DNA of 64,000 nucleotides from Thermohalobaculum sp. (GTDB lineage Bacteria; Pseudomonadota; Alphaproteobacteria; Rhodobacterales; Rhodobacteraceae): NCBI GenBank assembly GCA_965263335.1, contig CBDHHE010000009.1, positions 28,645 to 92,644 of the forward strand, read 5' to 3'. Shown piece by piece: positions 58,065 to 64,000 of this stretch (position 1 is its first letter; each line of letters starts with the position of its first letter). The notes under the pieces were generated by a model. It saw only the letters and a program-made list of their open reading frames with translations, ran no database searches and was not told where the DNA came from. The position numbers and the translations under genes were made by a program.

Positions 58065-58625
58065 TCAGTGGCCGCGCCCTTGTTGCATCATCATCTCGTG
58101 GACGGCGGCCATGCCTCGGTCGACCATGGCGGTCACTTCAGCGGCATGGGTTTGCATCGCGGCGACAACCTCGGGGTTGTCTGACGTCTGGATCACCACC
58201 AGCCCTTCATCTTCGACGGACACATCCGAAGTGATCTCGTCTCCGTGCATGAAAAACACATCAAGCGTCGGGCTTTGGATGATGATCTTGGGATCATCCT
58301 TGGCATGAACCCTGTCGATCATGCCAACGGCGTGGCTGACCAAGGCATCCATCACCGCTTGATCACTGGACCGTGTGACTGTGCGAATGCCGTCGGGCAA
58401 ATTCTCAACCTCGCGGGTGATCGTGTCAAAGTTGCGGAAGAGGATCGCAAGCTCTTCGCTCTCCCGCGCACTAGCGTTTTCACCGCGTAGGCCGGGCATC
58501 GTCACCTCGTCGTGCTGGTGCATGCCGTGCCCGCCGGACATGGGCCCATGCGATTGGGCAAAGGCGATACCAACGACGAGACTGAATAGAAGGCTCGCCA
58601 AACTGAGTGTCCTGAAACGGGTCAT
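58065..58625 (-). CDS. His/Met-rich exported hypothetical protein
   Basis: Signal peptide, HGPMSGGHGMHQH segment and internal repeat (DGIRTVTRSSD / EGLVVIQTSDN). Confidence 0.75.
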   Translation of the reverse strand: MTRFRTLSLASLLFSLVVGIAFAQSHGPMSGGHGMHQHDEVTMPGLRGENASARESEELAILFRNFDTITREVENLPDGIRTVTRSSDQAVMDALVSHAVGMIDRVHAKDDPKIIIQSPTLDVFFMHGDEITSDVSVEDEGLVVIQTSDNPEVVAAMQTHAAEVTAMVDRGMAAVHEMMMQQGRGH

Positions 58626-59053
58626 TGCGCCACCTGCGCTTTCATTGGAGCCAAGAGGATGCGGCGCAGCACAAAACCACCAGCAACAGCGACAAGGAAC
58701 AGAGCGACTTCCCAGCGGCCTGTGCCAAGGGCAGGGATGGCGGCACCCGGGCAGAACCCCGCGATGCCCCAGCCAACACCAAACAAGGCAGAGCCGCCGA
58801 TCAGTTTGCGATCAATCACGGTGGAGGTGGGAACCTGGAAGCGGCCGCCGAACAATGGCGCGTCGCGCCGCCAGACAAGGCGGTAGCCAGCAAAAGTGAC
58901 CAGCAGCGCCCCACCCATGACAAAGGCGAGGCTCGGGTCCCATGTTCCTGCGACATCAAAGAAGTTCAGGACTTTTGCCGGGTCCATCATGCCAGACAGG
59001 GCAATGCCGACCCCGAAGACCAAACCAGTGACGAGCGCGTAGAGCAGTTTCAT
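58622..59053 (-). CDS. YeeE/YedE family sulfur transporter subunit
   Basis: SGMMDPAKVLNFFD and FGVGWGIAGFCPG motifs. Confidence 0.9.
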   Translation of the reverse strand: MKLLYALVTGLVFGVGIALSGMMDPAKVLNFFDVAGTWDPSLAFVMGGALLVTFAGYRLVWRRDAPLFGGRFQVPTSTVIDRKLIGGSALFGVGWGIAGFCPGAAIPALGTGRWEVALFLVAVAGGFVLRRILLAPMKAQVAQ

Positions 59054-59056
59054 AGC

Positions 59057-59488
59057 CTAGCCTCCGATGACGTGACGAATGATGAAGACGGTGATGGCAC
59101 CTGTCGCCATAAAAGTCGGAACCGCAGCGAGCGAGCGCACCGACAGGCGAGACAAACCGCAAACACCATGACCGGATGTGCAGCCCGACCCGAGGCTGGC
59201 ACCGAGCCCGACGATAACTCCGCCAACGGCGACCATCGCCGGGCTGACGGGGACGTTGACCTCGGGCATGGAGCCGGTGACGGCAAAGATCAGGCCAGGG
59301 GCCAAAATCATGCCCACGACCATAGCGGCGCGCCAACCGAATTCAGATTTGTTTTCGGCAAAGACAAGGCCGGACATGATGCCAGTCGCACCAAGGATGC
59401 GACCAAGGCCCAGCATGAGTAGCACCGCTCCCAGACCGATGGCGAGCCCGCCACCGAAAGATGCGAAGGGGGTGAAAATCGTTTCCAT
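59057..59488 (-). CDS. YeeE/YedE family sulfur transporter subunit
   Basis: GRILGATG and GSGCTSGHGVCGLSRLSVRS motifs. Confidence 0.9.
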   Translation of the reverse strand: METIFTPFASFGGGLAIGLGAVLLMLGLGRILGATGIMSGLVFAENKSEFGWRAAMVVGMILAPGLIFAVTGSMPEVNVPVSPAMVAVGGVIVGLGASLGSGCTSGHGVCGLSRLSVRSLAAVPTFMATGAITVFIIRHVIGG

Positions 59489-59491
59489 CTG

Positions 59492-59704
59492 TTAGGCCCG
59501 GCAGGTCTTGAAGCCGAAGATCGAATAGATCGGGCACATGCGCGTTGCCGCAACCACCAGCATGACAACGCCCACGGCGGCCGCGCCGTATTTGATCAAG
59601 CTACCCTGAAAGGCGGGCATGCCGCTCAGGAAGGCGAGGTAGAGAAGTGCAAGCCCGAGGGCAGCGCGTAGAATACGGTCAAGAGTTCCAACATTGGTAG
59701 TCAT
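59492..59704 (-). CDS. DUF2892/YgaP-like small membrane protein
   Basis: NVGTLDRILR and CPIYSIFGFKTC motifs. Confidence 0.87.
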   Translation of the reverse strand: MTTNVGTLDRILRAALGLALLYLAFLSGMPAFQGSLIKYGAAAVGVVMLVVAATRMCPIYSIFGFKTCRA

Positions 59705-59760
59705 GGTGTTCTCCTTTCAGATAACTTGGAGAACAGATATAACTTTTATTTCACCTCTTC

Positions 59761-59775
59761 AGTGACTTTGTCACC
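59761..59775. promoter_or_regulatory. Palindromic operator GTGAC-N3-GTCAC (left copy)
   Basis: AGTGACTTTGTCACC upstream of the DUF2892-yeeE-pdo-sqr operon. Confidence 0.6.
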
Positions 59776-59796
59776 TAACATGCAAAAACATGAATA

Positions 59797-60459
59797 TTAT
59801 TTACTGCCCGCCAGAATTTTTAGTGCATTCTTATCGGTCAGAGCGATGCGCCCGCGCGATTGCGCGATCATCTCGCGCTTCTGAAAATCTGACAAAACAC
59901 GGGAGACGACTTCGCGCGCGGTGCCCAACTCACTGGCGAGTTGTTGGTGTGTGGCAGGGATTTCCTTCAGATCCCCAGCCAAGGACAGCAACCGTTCCGC
60001 CAAACGCACATCCATATGCCCAAAAGCCACGTCATCAACCACACGGAGCAAGTCGATCAGCCGCTTTGAATAGGCGGCAAAGACAAACTTGCGGAACGCC
60101 TCTTCTTCCGCGACCAGGCGGTCAAAGGCGGGCTTTGGCAAGACAACGGCTGTAATCTCTGTCTCCGCGACCCCTTCGGCATTATAGGCCTCTTCGGCCA
60201 ACATGCAGGCCGTGGTCAGAACACAGCTTTCGCCTGCATCAACGCGATACAGCGTGATTTCCCGTCCCGTATCAGAAGTTTGGGAGACACGAATGCGCCC
60301 ATCATAAAGAAAGAACAGACTATCCGGTACGTTGGCCGGTCCGAAAACCTGCGCGCCCGGATCCATATGAATGATCCGAGCGACATCGATCAGACGATCC
60401 CGCACAGATCGCGGAAGCGCAGCAGTACCTTGAAACCGCTCCGTCCAATCAAGGGTCAT
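59797..60459 (-). CDS. Crp/Fnr family transcriptional regulator
   Basis: GESCVLTTACML cNMP-like domain and THQQLASELGTAREVVSR HTH. Confidence 0.92.
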   Translation of the reverse strand: MTLDWTERFQGTAALPRSVRDRLIDVARIIHMDPGAQVFGPANVPDSLFFLYDGRIRVSQTSDTGREITLYRVDAGESCVLTTACMLAEEAYNAEGVAETEITAVVLPKPAFDRLVAEEEAFRKFVFAAYSKRLIDLLRVVDDVAFGHMDVRLAERLLSLAGDLKEIPATHQQLASELGTAREVVSRVLSDFQKREMIAQSRGRIALTDKNALKILAGSK

Positions 60460-60926
60460 TTGGCTTTCCTCATAGGGGCGACAATGCCGTCTTCCAGCGG
60501 TGCGATGCGTGCCAGCAGGTCACCCCGGTTCGACGCGATATCGGCCAATGTCAGATCATCCAGCACGGCCATGAAGGCCCGCGTTGCTTCTTGCAGCGCG
60601 CGCGACAGCTTGCAGACACCGATCAGCGGACAGGTGTTCTTGTCAGGGTTGAAGCACTCAACAAGGTCAAGCGGCCCTTCGGTCAGGCGCACGACCTCGC
60701 CGATGACGATGTCCTCGGCCGGCTTGGCCAGGCGAAAGCCACCGTTGCGCCCGCGCTGCGTTGCCACGTAGCCCGCCAGACCAAGCTCATGCACGATTTT
60801 GACGATGTGCGGACGGGCAAGCCCGTGCACCCGCACAACGTCATCCACACGAATCAAATCTGGTGCCTTGAGGGCGGCCAACTGCAAGGAACGCAGGGCA
60901 AAATTGGTGTAGGATGTCAGCTTCAT
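60456..60926 (-). CDS. Rrf2 family regulator with three Cys (NsrR-like)
   Basis: TQRGRNGGFRLAK and VECF..NTCPL..CKL motifs. Confidence 0.88.
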   Translation of the reverse strand: MKLTSYTNFALRSLQLAALKAPDLIRVDDVVRVHGLARPHIVKIVHELGLAGYVATQRGRNGGFRLAKPAEDIVIGEVVRLTEGPLDLVECFNPDKNTCPLIGVCKLSRALQEATRAFMAVLDDLTLADIASNRGDLLARIAPLEDGIVAPMRKAK

Positions 60927-60943
60927 TTTCTAACCTCTACTTT

Positions 60944-60966
60944 AACTTATATTCAATGTAGAAGTT
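60944..60966. promoter_or_regulatory. Imperfect 11-1-11 inverted repeat (Rrf2/NsrR-type operator candidate)
   Basis: AACTTATATTC-A-ATGTAGAAGTT directly upstream of the rrf2 start. Confidence 0.4.
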
Positions 60967-60977
60967 TTTGCAAGTTG

Positions 60978-60992
60978 GGTGACATTGTCACT
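60978..60992. promoter_or_regulatory. Palindromic operator GTGAC-N3-GTCAC (right copy)
   Basis: GGTGACATTGTCACT upstream of the peroxiredoxin. Near-exact reverse complement of the 59761 site. Confidence 0.6.
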
Positions 60993-61046
60993 GAAGTCCG
61001 CTCCGACAGGGCCTAGGTCAGGGAAAGCACACAAAAGGAGACAGCG

Positions 61047-61685
61047 ATGACACTCTTGCTTGGCGATATCGTCCCCGACTTCAAAGCGGACACCACAACC
61101 GGCCCGATTTCCTTCCACGACTGGATTGGCGCCGACTGGGCTTTCTTCTTCAGCCACCCGGCAGACTTCACGCCGGTCTGTACCACCGAAATGGGCCGCA
61201 CAGCGCAGCTGGCAGATCAGTTCGCCGCACGCGGTGTCAAACCCATTGGGCTGAGCACCGACAGCGTCGAAGAACACCTCAAATGGATTGAGGACGTCAA
61301 CGACACCCAGGACACAACGCTGCGCTTTCCCATCGTTGCCGACCCGGATTTCAAGATCGCGAAACTCTATAAGATGATCCACCCCGGAGAGTCCCAGACG
61401 GCTGCTGTGCGGTCTGTGTTCATCATTGACCCAGACAAGAAGCTGCGCCTGTCGATGACCTACCCGATGAGCGTCGGCCGGAATTTCGATGAAATCCTCC
61501 GCGCGATTGACGCTTTGCAGACCAGCGACGCCAAAGGCGTGGCGCTGCCAGCCGACTGGCGACCAGGAGACCGCGCGATCATCCCGCCCTCTGTGTCAAA
61601 CGCTGATGCACATGCCAAATTCCCCCAGGGGTTTGAAGAAATCCGCCCGTATCTGCGCACCGTCGAAATCCCTACCAACGCCTGA
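61047..61685 (+). CDS. 1-Cys peroxiredoxin (Prx6 type)
   Basis: HPADFTPVCTTE, YPMSVGRNFDEILR and PADW motifs. Confidence 0.93.
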   Translation: MTLLLGDIVPDFKADTTTGPISFHDWIGADWAFFFSHPADFTPVCTTEMGRTAQLADQFAARGVKPIGLSTDSVEEHLKWIEDVNDTQDTTLRFPIVADPDFKIAKLYKMIHPGESQTAAVRSVFIIDPDKKLRLSMTYPMSVGRNFDEILRAIDALQTSDAKGVALPADWRPGDRAIIPPSVSNADAHAKFPQGFEEIRPYLRTVEIPTNA

Positions 61686-61734
61686 TTTTTCAAAGCGGAT
61701 ACCCCGGTCTGACCTCCAAAAGGAGACACCACCA

Positions 61735-62166
61735 ATGAAGAAAACACTTCTCGCACTTGCCACCGTCCTTGGAATGGGAGGTGCCGCGCATGCCGAGGAC
61801 ACCCCCAACCTCGTGACAATCCTCGCCTCCGGTGAACCGCAGACTCAACTGATGAGCATGGTGCTGTCCATGCAGGCCATGCAGCAGGGTGCAGAGACAC
61901 ATATCCTGCTGTGCGGCCCCGCCGGCGATCTGGCTTTGAAGGACGCACCGACCCCAGCCACCGCGCCGCAGGAACCGCGCGGAATGAGCCCGCAAGGCCT
62001 GATGCAAAAGATCATGGCGAGCGGTGCCACGGTTGAGGTTTGCGCAATCTACCTTCCCAACAAGGGTGTTGGAGCGGAGGCGTTGCTGGAGGACATCACC
62101 GCCGCCGCACCTCCCGCAATGGCGGCACGCCTCCTCGCTCCCAACACGCGCATCATGTCGTTTTGA
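61735..62166 (+). CDS. Exported DsrE-like protein
   Basis: AGGAG RBS, signal peptide MKKTLLALA..AHA, and ILLCGPAG and VEVCAIYLPN motifs. Confidence 0.78.
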   Translation: MKKTLLALATVLGMGGAAHAEDTPNLVTILASGEPQTQLMSMVLSMQAMQQGAETHILLCGPAGDLALKDAPTPATAPQEPRGMSPQGLMQKIMASGATVEVCAIYLPNKGVGAEALLEDITAAAPPAMAARLLAPNTRIMSF

Positions 62167-62259
62167 TATGCCACCCAACCGCGGGCTTTCGCGCCCGCGT
62201 TTGAAAATGACGCCCGCACATCATGCGAGAGATGTCGGTACTCAACCGAGGTAACTAGA

Positions 62260-63672
62260 ATGTTCGACGGCTTCAGTGCAGAGATACTGGCAAGGTTTCA
62301 ATTCGCCTTCACAGTCTCTTTCCATATTATCTTCCCGTCCTTCTCCATTGGGCTGGCGAGCTATCTCGCTGTCCTCAATGGGCTTTGGATACGAACGCGG
62401 GATGAGACCTATCTCACCTTGTTCAACTACTGGAAAAAGATCTTTGCCGTGGCCTTCGGCATGGGAGTCGTTTCAGGCATCGTGATGTCCTACCAGTTCG
62501 GCACCAACTGGTCGGTATTCTCGGACAAGGCCGGGCCTGTTGTTGGCCCGCTCATGGCCTATGAGGTGCTCTCGGCCTTCTTCCTTGAGGCAGGGTTCCT
62601 TGGCATCATGCTGTTTGGTCGTGAGCGTGTGGGTGAAAAGCTGCACATGTTCGCCACGGCGATGGTGGCCTTCGGCACGCTGATGTCGGCCACCTGGATC
62701 CTTTCGGTGAACAGCTGGATGCAGACCCCCGCAGGCTATTCCATCAACGAGGTGGGTCAGTTCGTGCCGGAAGACTGGTGGCAGATCGTCTTCAATCCCT
62801 CCTTCCCTTACCGGCTCGCGCACATGGTATTGGCCGCCTTCCTGACAACCGCTCTGGTGGTCGGCGCCGTCGGCGCTTTGCACTTGCTGCGGGACAAAGC
62901 CGACAAAGAGGCGCGGCGGATGTTCTCGATGGCAATGTGGATGGCCGTGATCGTCACGCCGATCCAGATTTTCGCCGGGCATGAACACGGCCTGAACACG
63001 CTTGAACACCAGCCCGTCAAGATCATGGCGATGGAGGGGCATTACGAAAGCCATCCCGAAGGATGGGCTCCGCTCTATCTTTTCGGCATCCCGAATGATG
63101 AAGACCAGCGGCTGGACTACGCCTTCGGCATCCCCGGTCTTGGCAATCTCATTTTCGAAAAGCCGCTGGATAAACCGGTCATGGGGCTCGACACCATCCC
63201 GGACGAAGACCAGCCACCGGTCGGCATCGTTTTCTGGTCGTTCCGCGTGATGGTTGGGCTGGGCTTTCTTATGCTGGGGCTTGGTGCTTGGTCCGCTTGG
63301 GCGCGTTGGCGAGGCCATCTTTACGATGCGCCTTGGTTGCACCGGGCCTGTATCGCAATGGGGCCGTCCGGTTTTGTTGCGGTACTCGCAGGCTGGATCA
63401 CCACCGAAGTCGGCCGCCAGCCCTACACCGTCTATGGCCTCCTGCGCACCTCCGAAAGTCTCGCACCGGTGGATGCGCCAGCGGTTGCCGCGTCGCTGTT
63501 GGCCTTCATCGTGGTCTATTTCGCAGTCTTCGGAGCGGGCACCTATTACCTGCTGCGGATGATGAACAAGCGACCCGCCACCCCCAAGCTCGGTCTGCGC
63601 GACGGTCCGATCCGCACGGCAGGGATCACACCTGCCGCGCAAATCGACCCAGACTTCATCCCCGGCGAATAA
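62260..63672 (+). CDS. cydA: Cytochrome bd (short Q-loop, CIO-type) oxidase subunit I
   Basis: LARFQFAFTVSFHIIF, YQFGTNW, FFLEAGFLG and EVGRQPY motifs. Confidence 0.95.
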   Translation: MFDGFSAEILARFQFAFTVSFHIIFPSFSIGLASYLAVLNGLWIRTRDETYLTLFNYWKKIFAVAFGMGVVSGIVMSYQFGTNWSVFSDKAGPVVGPLMAYEVLSAFFLEAGFLGIMLFGRERVGEKLHMFATAMVAFGTLMSATWILSVNSWMQTPAGYSINEVGQFVPEDWWQIVFNPSFPYRLAHMVLAAFLTTALVVGAVGALHLLRDKADKEARRMFSMAMWMAVIVTPIQIFAGHEHGLNTLEHQPVKIMAMEGHYESHPEGWAPLYLFGIPNDEDQRLDYAFGIPGLGNLIFEKPLDKPVMGLDTIPDEDQPPVGIVFWSFRVMVGLGFLMLGLGAWSAWARWRGHLYDAPWLHRACIAMGPSGFVAVLAGWITTEVGRQPYTVYGLLRTSESLAPVDAPAVAASLLAFIVVYFAVFGAGTYYLLRMMNKRPATPKLGLRDGPIRTAGITPAAQIDPDFIPGE

Positions 63673-63685
63673 GGAGACACGGGAC

Positions 63686-64000
63686 ATGGTATTTGATCTT
63701 GCATTCATCTGGGCCGGTCTGATCGCTTTCGCCGTCCTGACCTATGTGGTGCTCGATGGCTTCGACCTCGGGCTCGGTATCCTCTTCCCCTTTGGCAAGT
63801 CCGAGCGGGACCGCGATCTGATGATGAACTCAGTCGCTCCCGTCTGGGACGGGAACGAGACGTGGCTTGTGCTCGGCGGGGGTGGGCTGTTTGCCGTGTT
63901 CCCTCTGGCCTACGCCGTCATCATGCCTGCGCTTTACATGCCGATCACCCTCATGCTTCTGGCGCTGGTCTTCCGCGGCGTGTCGTTCGAATACCGTTGG
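63686..64000 (+). CDS. cydB: Cytochrome bd oxidase subunit II, 3' truncated by window edge
   Basis: YVVLDGFDLGLG and PVWDGNETWLVLGGGGLFAVFP motifs. Confidence 0.93.
   Translation, partial: MVFDLAFIWAGLIAFAVLTYVVLDGFDLGLGILFPFGKSERDRDLMMNSVAPVWDGNETWLVLGGGGLFAVFPLAYAVIMPALYMPITLMLLALVFRGVSFEYRW

Overview
64 kb of GC-rich alphaproteobacterial DNA. Gene content, codon style and intergenic palindromes suggest Rhodobacteraceae/Roseobacter group (inference, not a database result). Blocks from left to right: (1) 1-18.9 kb, organophosphorus-scavenging region with two PhnCDE-type ABC systems, a hexapeptide acetyltransferase, a GNAT, a split permease, PhnM, a methyltransferase, an MFS pump, a TIM-barrel enzyme, and a sugar-type ABC operon ending in two EEP phosphatases and a GDPD; Pho-box-like 11-bp arrays lie upstream. 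(2) 18.9-21.7 kb, a translationally coupled candidate polymorphic toxin-immunity pair with no recognisable export signal (top candidate for a novel system). (3) 21.8-30.8 kb, exported proteins: SH3-like protein, PQQ-type sugar dehydrogenase, cytochrome c, Tat protein, signal-peptide formamidase, malectin-domain multidomain protein, rhodanese and LysM protein. (4) 31-36 kb, Ugp-like ABC system with a DeoR regulator. (5) 36-47.6 kb, betaine-type ABC system, Fe-ADH, aminobutyraldehyde dehydrogenase, M20 peptidase and heterodimeric aconitase X. (6) 48-52.7 kb, ECF sigma/anti-sigma pair and a frameshifted ~1130-aa lectin-repeat protein. (7) 53.5-64 kb, SQR/persulfide dioxygenase/YeeE/SulP sulfide-oxidation cluster, Crp/Fnr and Rrf2 regulators flanked by twin GTGAC-N3-GTCAC palindromes, peroxiredoxin, DsrE-like protein and cydAB. 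Four probable single-base frameshifts were found, which may be assembly errors. No rRNA, tRNA, CRISPR array or transposase was recognised. All family calls come from motif recognition by eye.
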